Origin: a virus
Lineage: Duplodnaviria > Caudoviricetes
Direction: 5' to 3' (one strand)
Length of the DNA stretch: 64,000 nucleotides
Virus record (IMG/VR): IMGVR_UViG_3300013121_000027
Span: 128,001 to 192,000 of that record
The notes beneath the pieces were generated by a model. The model had not been told where the DNA came from. It was given only the letters and a program-made list of their open reading frames with translations, and did no database searches. The position numbers and the translations under genes are program-made. This document shows, piece by piece, positions 21,001-29,910 of the stretch; position 1 is the stretch's first letter, and each line of letters starts with the position of its first letter.

Positions 21001-21364
21001 ACCTACTCGCATGCAAAAAGGGTAAAGCCACATCCAAAACATAATCGGATTCTTTTACATTGGAAGGATCATCCATATTAAAGACGTCACCAACTATTGG
21101 ATATTCCTCTTCCCAAACTTGATTGCCATTTTCATCTTCAAGAACACCAAGAGCATTAGCATAGGCTATCTTGACTTTATTCTGTTCCGAGTTGTTAACA
21201 GAAAATGCGGCTTGTGAAGTATCAACTATGACGATATTATTCTCTGGATTAACTTTAGGTGGTTGTACCCACGCTAAGTTTACAGCCCCCTCCGGAACTA
21301 TTTGCCCACGCCTTAAAGCTTGTTCGATATTATCATCGGCTATATTTTCAAATCGTTTTGTCAT
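15035..21364 (-). CDS. Large multidomain baseplate/receptor-binding protein with LamG-like and peptidoglycan-binding domains
   Basis: LamG/ConA-like segment at ~19060-19680 (PDHASLNI...GKSW...LHIGS...GKLFNAII); PG_binding_1-like segment at ~17410-17600 (VKVVQQIL...VDGVYGSKTAAAVTKFQ...IDGIVDAETWSLL). Confidence 0.8.
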   Translation of the reverse strand: MTKRFENIADDNIEQALRRGQIVPEGAVNLAWVQPPKVNPENNIVIVDTSQAAFSVNNSEQNKVKIAYANALGVLEDENGNQVWEEEYPIVGDVFNMDDPSNVKESDYVLDVALPFLHASRYFHLDFTGLAFGSLIEYLGNLVKVIDKNGSDFVDENEKKKYKIFIVEPNGVQVDPDSRNSVYRIHVFLHVDAITEDLFLVYNKTEITINGNLKNFEEGFKEKINPINYFKYIPEETDVVDQANINEKIFSSKPYSKKQNLLGTSTVNSNGWKYFVPRKAVPDPRVFQLFRWRMACEITRPRVQENTGTNTVSQEPTFIRVGVVVPPGGDHLSTRANFFFHQLNISDFNFTKIQFVNPLHETYDYSNVVGFTKTQAAYWHVDIGSITLDQLSNFDILLWAPSAESIDISPYLPKINYFVEQLGKTFILETSSSCDLSGLTDFEFSETLQTSLIDPLNVTDMVSASTLRIYDATIDNQDDTFGAFGMWENWPPNVSDIINSYTDTGSILSDADVIAGWSLTDQEKEESLSAYQNIADVSFQFIKSYDSAAFRPVLEALNTDSDKTYIRTERIDGTQLTSPDHASLNIDTDLEIVCRVALDNWIYGENQGLIGKSWTTSGEYQYALLVDGDGKLNLWWSTNGTAISTSLSSVVPFSDGQTYWIKVTLDIANGSDRVITFKYAADQDTEPTTWTTLTTNTTNGVTSIYLSGTGGLHIGSYANGAYSTAGKLFNAIIRDGIDGTTVLNADFTALDPDETITDTTGKVITIHGSCSIEKSYTQAYHKTALHKRFNGGGNLFISTSCLFEDHLFDVNGNMASRSLQLSDINLLNSSYLRNLKAMVSSAANACEMKLRLNTMLYSTINKAGPDFNNNTIGTNNSNTQSVTVYSDWKTSWVIDPSNGILAEDEKIKYNFALLPVKSTDVEPTWQRILSDKTAKQIIQEEINRLDPNHTNDLFNSFTGATKRYFIVITNPLVQTLTTDLINDNSIPTAWTKAYSPAFNIPFHLGSYVVRDEMVSGIGPGSGQRVYPTKPYQLQANVSHIDSSIGDTTVTFSLTGRAIRSVTVEESTTTTQVWVPPTADTFSDVVLHWNTDGANRYETKYKHQDGYPKPVGMDTWTSANYYNTLPNNWAYPGIHGFLHAGSSSTTYTITPSTPYPSGYRPVWSYGSRWVMLKNSSGLLLTDTSGNFVKGELPLYHGVIPYEVSFTTNDAGLPIIRTSTSISAVSYYKNYTIDQVFPNGFGQLPTFTATTNSTASSSGQLVKVVQQILNYVIFFGDIAGPGLQVDGVYGSKTAAAVTKFQTYMGARYIDGIVDAETWSLLGYKLIAISNIPGFNDPLLLSYANNAKKFMMLNSLSDDLPETFYCKQSWEHNGPGQIREAFLIKFNERFPIYRISILPYTLDTVTNNLSIDWVDIAERDSLYGYDFSRGFPGNIIGKSGGDGQWINIDVPQTTTNSIIFRAFQSGPAGWGSARFIGIRDVAVYGKKFFPGAAGYYRDVTVTVPGRTYQERVDLSFSATVNFKYGVPQIFSPALALQSSDGSALSNIKWDIHSLDIQPSSTGAFFDVEFIDAQEETEDGQSTILNKLKLTYKGYQSVLSSENFVNGVMIGNGSNGFYTKNTSGAIEQYEKYYGWIKKDDGLRLICDSSGKPFGFPSALPDNVTTSTHFARYKLNAFGTDQTIYYGFYDIQTGEFLVNTFGEPEVSYYDYVRRGPQNIFIAVKTIYELDSSVNVPGNIDSIMRPFRWAMPVYSITSGRQSTIKIEPMSKGLTKTDLWSLPIKTGFFTRDIQLRLRDNGSYTNYLKNYQGTTVKAFYSVPEAKNEAWSSKYGRPYLDIKGETPTIVDESTIKISQYPFLISQVPTNNNSEADPYLPVFTVYRRSSASSPWVELVFSDIKDFDSKNGTITLNSPLSNLDPKLIKVDYTSDKKVYNFKGDAQTKINFNPFLSKNSDFVNKPLYIYLLPESVFDNAGVLISDSIRTRTVNFTSDDSIFNPSRVDFDPTALLIGIVHISTSSDINDLIILDTRKRGGGLSTAFSLSDMTTIQPEAESYWDIISDKAVSYQKGGFVIIRLPAELRDDFTYQQIKDVIERNITIGVAYQIEDLDGNRWVE

Positions 21365-21366
21365 GA

Positions 21367-24300
21367 TTAAAATTCCTTATAATCAGGATATTGTGGCGTA
21401 GCAGCTATAGAATCGTAAGTCGTTCCCAATATACCCATTTGGTACTGGGTATACTTGTCTATCGCATACCAGGAGGGTGGAGTCCAAATAATAACATCCT
21501 CATTTAACCCTGGTTCTAAAACCAGTTCATCATATGTTGTTGGGAAAGCGGGAGTCGCAGTATATTCTGGAAGATTCCAATAAGGAGTAGATGACTGTTC
21601 GGTACCAAGTGGTAGTCCAGAAATAAGATCTATACTATTAGTAACATCCGGATACTCATACCAATACACTAAATCACCAATTGTGGTAAAAGTTCCAGAT
21701 GGTGAAGCCGATTCGGATTCTGTTGATACAAACCAATATCCCGGAGTATCAGATGGATTAAATGGTCCAATTGAGAATCTACCATTTTGATCCGCTACAA
21801 CTCGTCCGTGTATACCGTCTAATCCTGGAGTCGCAGAAGAAGTATCCCAATCTATATTAAAAACTTCATATATAGTTCTTCCTTTACGCCAATATACATA
21901 AGCATTACTAACAGCATCGTGACCACTTGTGGTTACTTTGCCGTAAACGAAATTAGCATTTTCTGGATCGGCTAAAATATAATCTGAATCTGGTATCGCA
22001 TAAATACTATATGTTTCCGTCGGTATGACTTCAATATCAAATTTCGCAGTAGTAGAAAAATCCCCTTCAACCAGAATAATTCCCTGATCTAAAGTTCCAG
22101 GAGTAGCAGGTGCCAATGCTGGAGTAGAGGGGTAAGCCGGTGTGGCTGGGGTCCAAATATTTGATTGAAGTGTAAATGCGGTAAACCCATTATTATCCGT
22201 TATAACCACATCGTCTGACAAAGATCCAAAGTTAGTAAAAACATTTAGAGATTGGTAGGGTTTTGGATTGCCATTTATATCTGTTGTTTTGACAGTGACT
22301 ATGGCATAATCAATTCCATCGGACACTATTTTTGTTGGACTTATAGAGATATCAATTCTGTCAAGATCATAAATATCGTGATCTATATAGATAAATCCAT
22401 CATCTATAAATGTCTCGTTTGGATTAAGCTCAATATCGGCTGGTGTAGCTGGATCATAAATGGAAACCTCATATTCTATCCTATAGTAATCTGCCCCAAT
22501 TTCTCCAGGTGGTCTATCAAAAAAGACTTTTGTTTTATTTAAACCATCACTATCTACAAAATCATTATCTATATAGTATGAATAATTAGGAATATAATTG
22601 ACGTCATATTCATGAATTGAAATTGTTGGCGTTGCCAACTGTATCTCGTTGGATAATGTATAATTGGCAATCAATCCAAGAGATGAATTCGTGGTCGTAT
22701 CTACGATTGTTATATCTCTTATATCTTGGTATGAAGCTTTAAGCGCAGCCGTGTCATTCCCTGTTATTCTTTCTGTATTATCAATAGATAAAAGTGGTGT
22801 AGCGCTGTCGTAATTAAAGAATGAGGTTTGTCTAAGTTCAGCTATTGGCGTAGCACCATCTATAGCTTTAATTATAATAGGAGCACCTTGTCTGTTAAGA
22901 TCTGAAAGAACTTTATAAGATCCGGTAGCTTGTTCTGTATTTGGACTCGCATATAAATAATACTCATCCGTATCATCGTAAAACCATCCAGAATGGAGCT
23001 TTGGATTCCATTTCTGATTTATATTTGGTCTTAATCTACAAAAAATACGTAAAGTACTTAAATTATAAGTCAGTGTATCTGGATCATAGATCTCTATATT
23101 GACTGTGGATGGATACTGAACGGACAAATCAGTTTCTCCATAGTCCACAACGGCAGGTTTTATTGTGTTGGTTTCAAGCCAAACTATAACATTTGGTTCA
23201 TCAACGCTCTCAACACCAATCCATGTTAAGATATAATCTTCGGTTTCTGGAATATTGAAATCTGCTCTTGTTAATTCAAGATTGTCTAATAGATAGTCGC
23301 TACTATTAAAGTCTTGAGTTTTTCCATTTCTCCATGGTCCACTGGCATCTACGGTTCCACTTATTGGAGTTACGATAGAGCTTTCAAAGATCTCCCATAC
23401 ACCAATGTTAACTGGATAAGCTGCGCCTGACGTAGTAGAAAAGGTTAAGGATGTTGTTCCCGCGCTAAATGTCTTGTAATAATCGTCTGTCCAGGTAGTA
23501 TTTCCGTCTACAGCTATATATGTATTGGGTATAAAAATAGGAGTTGAAGCCACAGCATCAGAATATGCCCCAAACGTAGTAAGATTATAATTTGTTATAA
23601 AATCTACTTTGATAAGCCTTGAGCTTGTTGATGCTGGCCAGACAAAATTTGGAAGAGTTAGAACATAATCCTGAGCAGTCATGTCAGGCATTACGCCATT
23701 TAATGTTATATTATACGTATATTTTTCCGTTTGCCATGTATCAGGCGTTGCACCTAAATAATTTGTACTATGGCTTTCAAACCAAAATGCACCAAAGTGG
23801 TTCCACCAGGTATATGGACTCTTGGTTAATGAAGTTCCACCATCAAGCCCCATAATTGTACCTGGTTCGCCATCAAACCATGCCTTATAATCACTCTGTG
23901 TTGGAGCATTCATATAAGCTGGCGTTGCCGCATCTCCATTAAAGTGTCCTGGATAAATATTAACAGCTGATACTAACGGAAGTGGAATTTGAGACCCATA
24001 ACTAACACCGGTTGATTTATTTTTAAAATCAAATCCGATATCTGTATATCCATCTGGAGTGGTCCATTCTATTAGGGCACGAGAGGCTGGCGATGGTGTT
24101 GGCGTATAGTAATCCACATCACTTTTGGCGGTGGCGGTAACATTACAGTAGAAGGTATGTTGAGTTGGTGAAGCTCCATCTTCATAAACTGATAACTCGA
24201 TTGTAAAATATCCCTGCAAAACAGGATTATCCCAAACGGCATTTGCAGCCGTACCATAAATCTGGACAGCAAACGATAGCGGAATATGTTCTGATCGTAA

Positions 24301-25890
24301 AGTCTTTTTACGTCCCTTTATCTTTAAAGTTGTATTAAAATCATACTTATTTTGCACTTCGCGCGGTCTAAATACATAAAGATCATTACCATCACCAACG
24401 CCAGATTCAAGATACTCTTGTGACACTGGCGTAGCATCTAATTGCCTTGGTAGTGTGTCAAATCCCTTATGTCCATTAAAACCATCAGCATCCCAGAAGG
24501 CATTTCCGTATTTGAAAAATCCCCAAGTCATAGGATATTTAATTGCCAATTCTTGAACCAGATCTTTAAATTTTTGAGTTGGGATACCATCAACAAAGAA
24601 GTCTTCATCATTTTCTATATCGGATATTTCTATGACTTCAGGAGTAGCCCCAAGGAAAGCGGAATCCGGAGTCGCGTTTGAATATCTCCAAAGGTTCAAT
24701 TCTCGTCTTAAAGTTTTCTTAAATAATTCTTTACTAACGCCCGGGTTATTTATATAAACATCTAAAATCCTCTTCCTAAAAGAATCATTATCTTCTAGAT
24801 ACCCATTAGGGGTTGCACTTTGAATCCTAAAGAGATCAACAGAGACACCAAGATCATCAAGCCCATTCCAAATATGATATGGCTTTTGATATACTTTAGT
24901 TCCGTTTATTAAAAGTTCGTCATATAAAATATTAGTAAATATTTCATCTGTAGCCCTAGACCAATAACATGCATTGTCGTCATCTTGTGATGCGTAAAAT
25001 TCCTCAACGCTTGAGGTCTTAGCTAACGATATACCATCACCAGTTATAGACCAAACAATATCTGGTACGCCCTGTGTAATATAAATCCAAGCTTTTTGAT
25101 CTAAATCAACTGTATCGATATAATATTGATATTCCTGATACTTTATTTTTTGAGTAAGATCAGTAAGCCACTCTCCAGCAATAGCATTTAAAAACTCTCC
25201 ACCTACTGAGATTGGTGTTGCTTTATCTTCTTTAAGGGGATCGTCTGGATCATGCTCACGAAGTGCCATCCATTGTGGAAATTTATCTTGTATTTTTTTT
25301 GTTGATGCGAAATATCCATTTGTTACAGGTGGATCTATCTCTACAGCAATAATCATCTCTATAGATTTGCCGTCTACAAGGATAGTCGAATCTAAATCAA
25401 AAATAAGTTCAAAGAACGCATACCTGGACGATTCAATATTGAAAACATTTCTTCCCAAGATGATATTTTCTTGAACGGACCAATCACTTACCATTGATGG
25501 GGTGGCATGAAGATAATAAGGAGTGGAATCAGAAAAGTCGGAGGTGTAAACCGAGAGTTTACTTCCAACAGCCGACGAGATTGAGGCATCGAATGATACC
25601 TTCCAGTCCATAATATCGATTCTGGCTGACGTATCTACGAACCTTCCAGAATCTACAAAACCAATTTCCGATTCAGTTGCAGATAACTGATTTAATCCAG
25701 TATAAACGCCATTATTTAAAAGGTTAGTCCCAAAACCAATCCTTTTAACTGTATAGTTTTTGTATTGTGAATTAAAGTATAGATCGAAAACGTCCGTACG
25801 CCAAGTATACCTCGTATTGGTATCGTCTAAGATATCGGATGTCTTACTGACGAAATCATTTTCAGTAAAACGCAGATGATAAAGTTTCAT
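21367..25890 (-). CDS. Large baseplate/tail protein with a Big-1 (invasin-type Ig) domain and 17 Ala-Thr-Pro motifs
   Basis: Directly after baseplate J; LDDLG...LFR...EDNDSFRKRI wedge-like motif; Ig-like SPTKIVSDG.DYAIVTVKTTDINGNP...TDNNGFTAFTL at ~22165-22350. Confidence 0.8.
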   Translation of the reverse strand: MKLYHLRFTENDFVSKTSDILDDTNTRYTWRTDVFDLYFNSQYKNYTVKRIGFGTNLLNNGVYTGLNQLSATESEIGFVDSGRFVDTSARIDIMDWKVSFDASISSAVGSKLSVYTSDFSDSTPYYLHATPSMVSDWSVQENIILGRNVFNIESSRYAFFELIFDLDSTILVDGKSIEMIIAVEIDPPVTNGYFASTKKIQDKFPQWMALREHDPDDPLKEDKATPISVGGEFLNAIAGEWLTDLTQKIKYQEYQYYIDTVDLDQKAWIYITQGVPDIVWSITGDGISLAKTSSVEEFYASQDDDNACYWSRATDEIFTNILYDELLINGTKVYQKPYHIWNGLDDLGVSVDLFRIQSATPNGYLEDNDSFRKRILDVYINNPGVSKELFKKTLRRELNLWRYSNATPDSAFLGATPEVIEISDIENDEDFFVDGIPTQKFKDLVQELAIKYPMTWGFFKYGNAFWDADGFNGHKGFDTLPRQLDATPVSQEYLESGVGDGNDLYVFRPREVQNKYDFNTTLKIKGRKKTLRSEHIPLSFAVQIYGTAANAVWDNPVLQGYFTIELSVYEDGASPTQHTFYCNVTATAKSDVDYYTPTPSPASRALIEWTTPDGYTDIGFDFKNKSTGVSYGSQIPLPLVSAVNIYPGHFNGDAATPAYMNAPTQSDYKAWFDGEPGTIMGLDGGTSLTKSPYTWWNHFGAFWFESHSTNYLGATPDTWQTEKYTYNITLNGVMPDMTAQDYVLTLPNFVWPASTSSRLIKVDFITNYNLTTFGAYSDAVASTPIFIPNTYIAVDGNTTWTDDYYKTFSAGTTSLTFSTTSGAAYPVNIGVWEIFESSIVTPISGTVDASGPWRNGKTQDFNSSDYLLDNLELTRADFNIPETEDYILTWIGVESVDEPNVIVWLETNTIKPAVVDYGETDLSVQYPSTVNIEIYDPDTLTYNLSTLRIFCRLRPNINQKWNPKLHSGWFYDDTDEYYLYASPNTEQATGSYKVLSDLNRQGAPIIIKAIDGATPIAELRQTSFFNYDSATPLLSIDNTERITGNDTAALKASYQDIRDITIVDTTTNSSLGLIANYTLSNEIQLATPTISIHEYDVNYIPNYSYYIDNDFVDSDGLNKTKVFFDRPPGEIGADYYRIEYEVSIYDPATPADIELNPNETFIDDGFIYIDHDIYDLDRIDISISPTKIVSDGIDYAIVTVKTTDINGNPKPYQSLNVFTNFGSLSDDVVITDNNGFTAFTLQSNIWTPATPAYPSTPALAPATPGTLDQGIILVEGDFSTTAKFDIEVIPTETYSIYAIPDSDYILADPENANFVYGKVTTSGHDAVSNAYVYWRKGRTIYEVFNIDWDTSSATPGLDGIHGRVVADQNGRFSIGPFNPSDTPGYWFVSTESESASPSGTFTTIGDLVYWYEYPDVTNSIDLISGLPLGTEQSSTPYWNLPEYTATPAFPTTYDELVLEPGLNEDVIIWTPPSWYAIDKYTQYQMGILGTTYDSIAATPQYPDYKEF

Positions 25891-25905
25891 TCTTATACCT
25901 TATAT

Positions 25906-27057
25906 TTAAGAAAGAGCGACACCAACAACTATATCGCCAGGGATAATTTGTTCATCATAAGCTGGTTTATAATTGCGTCTTGTAAGTTCGCTACCATTAA
26001 TAGAAAATCTTTTAACTATGACATCTTTTATAATACTTGTCGATTCTAATATTGTTGATATAAGTCTATTATATACTAATTGCTCCCCTGGCATCAAGGA
26101 ATTAAGATATCTTACAATGCCAACATTTGCTCTTTGTATTGCGTTCTCGGTAATTTGATTATTTCCAGCCATTGGAATAATTAAATCTACAGAGATATCA
26201 ACTGGTTTAGTTGTGGGAAGACGAACAAACATTCTTGTTCCAAGTGGACGAACAGATTCCATCGCTGCTGTAACTTGCGATGAAACTTGCTTTGTGTTAA
26301 CATTCCTCTCCGGTACGACTATAGCCTCAAATGATCCCATACCATAAGGCGTTTGACCGATGGAAATATCTCTGACTCCGGCTACGCTTAATGCTGCAAA
26401 TCTGACAGCTTGGACAGTTCCACTTGCGTTGACTCTTATTTGCTTTATGATCCTTGCTCTATAAGAATCATCTTCTTCGTAATTAATCAATTGAGAAATC
26501 GTTTTTGGATTAGTGCAAAAAACAGTGGCTCCGGGAGGAGAAGCGAAGTCGTGAAGAATAAGAGAATTTGGAGCCGCAGTGAATACTGAATCGCTAAAGT
26601 TTGGAATTAATCCAGTGTAAGCTACTTTCCTTCCCATAAGAATAGTAGTTTCTTCCTGCGTTTTATATGAAAATGTTCTGCCTATATATGTTGTAGCATC
26701 GGTGTAAACATTGGTTCCACTTGGGATTTTGATATCGAATGGCGCAGGGGTTTGAGTGAAAAATATAAACGCTCCAAGTTTTTTATCTATGATTGCTAAA
26801 TCGTTTATAGTCTTTCTTGTAACCCCATAAAGAGAACCAAATAAATCAAGTGCTGCGCCGGTGGCGGTAGATAATATGTTCTGATTTAGATTATAATCTA
26901 ATATATCATACATGTCACCAAGCTCTGTCGTTATAGCCTCTGTTATTGCTCGCGCGACAGATCCTGGATTCGTTGCGGAAATAGAGGAAGATAAAGATAT
27001 TTTTCTTAGTGCTTGAGATAAAATATCTGCATTATTCTTTTTTAGGTATCCTGGCAT
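25906..27057 (-). CDS. Baseplate J / gp47-like wedge protein
   Basis: PGSVARAI, TATGAALDLFG..YGVTR, EEDDSYRARI, ALSVAGV. Confidence 0.9.
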   Translation of the reverse strand: MPGYLKKNNADILSQALRKISLSSSISATNPGSVARAITEAITTELGDMYDILDYNLNQNILSTATGAALDLFGSLYGVTRKTINDLAIIDKKLGAFIFFTQTPAPFDIKIPSGTNVYTDATTYIGRTFSYKTQEETTILMGRKVAYTGLIPNFSDSVFTAAPNSLILHDFASPPGATVFCTNPKTISQLINYEEDDSYRARIIKQIRVNASGTVQAVRFAALSVAGVRDISIGQTPYGMGSFEAIVVPERNVNTKQVSSQVTAAMESVRPLGTRMFVRLPTTKPVDISVDLIIPMAGNNQITENAIQRANVGIVRYLNSLMPGEQLVYNRLISTILESTSIIKDVIVKRFSINGSELTRRNYKPAYDEQIIPGDIVVGVALS

Positions 27058-27067
27058 TTTAAATCCT

Positions 27068-27451
27068 TTAAATAATCCCGAGCTCTTGCTCGATAGAAAG
27101 TATCATTTCAGATCTATTTCCAATAGTTATGTAAATATCAAATCTAATAGATTGAATTCCAGTAGGGATTGCCTTGACTGATACTTGTGTATTAATAAAT
27201 TTATTATTCTTAGCAAGAGCAGCCTTTATTAATTCACACCCATATTGTCCAGTTCTTTCCGTCTGTGGCATGCCTATAAGGGATTCCAATTCGGTACCTA
27301 AGGCTGGGTATAGGGCATAATCAGTAATTGGAGTCATCATAATCATATATGCTTGCTGGGAAAAATCCCTCCAATTAGTATCTGTTAAGGCTAAATCGCC
27401 AGTGCTCGAAATCGTTAAATCTCCAGTGTCTGTCATATAAAGATCGGGCAT
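27068..27451 (-). CDS. gp25/gpW-like baseplate wedge subunit
   Basis: TGDL...GDLAL, YPALGTELESLIG; typical position before baseplate J. Confidence 0.8.
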   Translation of the reverse strand: MPDLYMTDTGDLTISSTGDLALTDTNWRDFSQQAYMIMMTPITDYALYPALGTELESLIGMPQTERTGQYGCELIKAALAKNNKFINTQVSVKAIPTGIQSIRFDIYITIGNRSEMILSIEQELGII

Positions 27452-27810
27452 TAGGATTCTCCATCTACGAAATGATTTATTCCATCATAAAGCCCAGATG
27501 TTTGGTTCTTGGGAAAAATGAAAGCTGGTTCAGAAAACTTAGTTGCTTTTGGATTAAATGCTAATTTATTCCACTTTAGTCCTTCATCATCTTTGGTTAA
27601 AAATTTAACATTATCACCAACAAGGAATATGCAATGTTGTGAAGCGCTTATAATAATTCCAAGTCCATCTTGAGCCATGATTTGAATATCGCCATTATCT
27701 GATAGTTTTATAAAAGAAAAGACATCAGGATGAGTTATTCCAACTTCTCTACCGTTAAATTTAGACTGCTTTGATAAAAGCTCATAAGGTCTGGTGAATG
27801 AAGTTGACAT
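27451..27810 (-). CDS. Putative baseplate spike-associated protein (beta-helix-like part)
   Basis: SFIKLSDNGDIQI...GIIIS beta-strand pattern; position between spike OB-fold gene and gp25-like gene. Confidence 0.55.
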   Translation of the reverse strand: MSTSFTRPYELLSKQSKFNGREVGITHPDVFSFIKLSDNGDIQIMAQDGLGIIISASQHCIFLVGDNVKFLTKDDEGLKWNKLAFNPKATKFSEPAFIFPKNQTSGLYDGINHFVDGES

Positions 27811-27814
27811 ATTA

Positions 27815-28174
27815 TTAAAGTCCTAACAAATAATTAGGCAATCCTATATTGGCTTGTGTTTGTTTAGAATAATCATATTGGCTATACTTGTGATTATAGT
27901 AGTGGGTAATTAGCGGTTGAGAAATGTTATTGTTTTTAAATACAACCCAACATTCTCTTCCCGGTGATGGTGCCACCGTTTGAATTCCAAGCTGGACAGG
28001 ACACATAACTCCATTTAATATATCCTCAATCACATCCGTGTTCTCCCCAGATATCAAAACTGTTGCCGTATTGTCTATAGCATTGTAAGAGGCTATAACA
28101 CCCAATCTGCCCGCAAGATTTTGTTGTCTTCCCGTTGCAAATGCATCTTGGATTTGTTGTTCTATTTTAGACAT
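27815..28174 (-). CDS. Putative baseplate spike (gpV-like OB-fold) protein
   Basis: Start reassigned to ATG 28174 (RBS AAGGA); GVIASYN..NTATV...VAPSPGRECWVVF. Confidence 0.6.
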   Translation of the reverse strand: MSKIEQQIQDAFATGRQQNLAGRLGVIASYNAIDNTATVLISGENTDVIEDILNGVMCPVQLGIQTVAPSPGRECWVVFKNNNISQPLITHYYNHKYSQYDYSKQTQANIGLPNYLLGL

Positions 28175-28182
28175 AATTATCC

Positions 28183-29910
28183 TTATACTGGCGTTGGACC
28201 TCTTGGGTTGGGTCTTGGTGGAGTTGGGGCGGGAGTTGGTGATGGCGCTGGCACGTTGGGGGGTGTGGTAGAATTTCCTGTGGAGGTTGGATCTCGCAAT
28301 ACAGACATAAGTGTGCCTGCGGCGGATCTTAAAAACCCGCAATGTATGTGAGTAGGATTAACGTCCTTATGTAATTTATAATTATTTGGATACGTATATT
28401 CATACGGTCCAGCTATAAAAGATGGTCTTGATGTCGTTGAAAATGTTGACAAGTATGTGAATAATTTATCCGCAACACGCCTCCAATTTTTTTGATCTGC
28501 AGACCACAAATACGCAGTGCCCTCAGATGCCAACCCAATTTTACCTATATCAATAGCACCACCATATAGATGATTTTCTCCTTCAGATGCGGAATCCTCA
28601 GCAAGACCTCTAAATGATGATAAATACATATCTAAAATAAATCCACCTTCAAGAATAACCCACAAATAGTTAAGAAGAGAAGGGAATAAGAATGCCCTAT
28701 CTCCCTCTCTAAAAAGGGCTCCTGGTTCAGAAGTAATAACACCTTTAGTCATAAGGGCTTGAAAGTTATGAACATAACGTAATAAATCTACTTCATTTTG
28801 CGTCTTACCGGTCCATCCTCTATCTTGACCCATTAAACAATTAGGATGATTTAATATTTTTTGTCCGGCATACTTGATATCAGCTATAGAATCTGTACCG
28901 CCCCCAGCAGTGGACGGGAGACCTTCACTCGCAGCTCCAGCTGGAGGCATAAAGGGACCGACTGGTGTGTCATCTGGCATGAATCCAAGAATAACTTCTG
29001 CTCCATGATTAGTGCCAAGATAAGTATGTGTATCTGCCGTATTACCACAAATCCATGAATTACCAGTGCCATCGGTATCATTATGATAAGGGCGAGGACC
29101 CCAGTCTCCAGGAGTACATACGACACCTTTTTTGGTTTCTACGCTATAAACTAAAATCTTAGTTTTCCAATAGTCAGCTTTAGTTACCGCTTCACTTTGA
29201 TCAGCTATATCATTACGTCCGGCTTTTCTATAATCGGCTTGGGGAGCGCCTTTAAATGGCCAAGCCATAGCCATATAGTACTGTTCGGAAACCGGATCCA
29301 TTAATCCCCAAGCCCCACCTGTTCCTGCGACATTCGCATTATCGGGATTTTCTCCAGCGTTTTTACCATCTGGACGCATCATATAAAGAGGATGTTGATG
29401 CTCTGGTATTATACCCTGTAATTGTTGGTGTTGGGCGATATCCGTTTGCAGATTATCAGAAGTGGCAAGGTGCATTTCAATAGTTGAAAACCCCCTTGAT
29501 TTCCATATAAATCCCTTACCATTTGGAGCTACTTTAGGTAAACTAACGACATAACTTTCTTTTATTGTGCCATCGCCCTCAAAAGGACTATCCCCTCCAC
29601 CTAAAGCCGAATGTATTTTTCCTGACCCATAAGAAGATAGGCTATCGGCGCCGACCCCATAAAGACCTACAAGATCTTGAGTTGCTGCCTTATTTAATAC
29701 TAACAATTGATCTGATGGATCTTTAACGGCAAAAGTACCCTGCATGATATCAGATACATCATATGTTGTTGCGCCATAGGTTTGCTGCCCACTAATGGAT
29801 GCGGTAGTCTTAATTGGACCGCTAGCGTAGGATTGATTCTCGTTTGCGAATGTTCCAACGGAACCGTCATCCATCAAATTTGCTTGTGTGGGCGTAGGAA
29901 AATTACCCAT
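28183..29910 (-). CDS. Tail-associated cell-wall hydrolase: RlpA/DPBB-like domain plus M15-type Zn peptidase, Pro-rich tail
   Basis: KILVY...GVVCTPGDWGP; HLYGGAID (H-x6-D) and HIHCG (HxH). Confidence 0.7.
   Translation of the reverse strand: MGNFPTPTQANLMDDGSVGTFANENQSYASGPIKTTASISGQQTYGATTYDVSDIMQGTFAVKDPSDQLLVLNKAATQDLVGLYGVGADSLSSYGSGKIHSALGGGDSPFEGDGTIKESYVVSLPKVAPNGKGFIWKSRGFSTIEMHLATSDNLQTDIAQHQQLQGIIPEHQHPLYMMRPDGKNAGENPDNANVAGTGGAWGLMDPVSEQYYMAMAWPFKGAPQADYRKAGRNDIADQSEAVTKADYWKTKILVYSVETKKGVVCTPGDWGPRPYHNDTDGTGNSWICGNTADTHTYLGTNHGAEVILGFMPDDTPVGPFMPPAGAASEGLPSTAGGGTDSIADIKYAGQKILNHPNCLMGQDRGWTGKTQNEVDLLRYVHNFQALMTKGVITSEPGALFREGDRAFLFPSLLNYLWVILEGGFILDMYLSSFRGLAEDSASEGENHLYGGAIDIGKIGLASEGTAYLWSADQKNWRRVADKLFTYLSTFSTTSRPSFIAGPYEYTYPNNYKLHKDVNPTHIHCGFLRSAAGTLMSVLRDPTSTGNSTTPPNVPAPSPTPAPTPPRPNPRGPTPV

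Noticed and set aside
28175-28342. N-terminal extension of ORF 27815-28342
   Set aside because: It overlaps the Pro-rich tail of the lysin in another frame; the RBS supports a start at 28174
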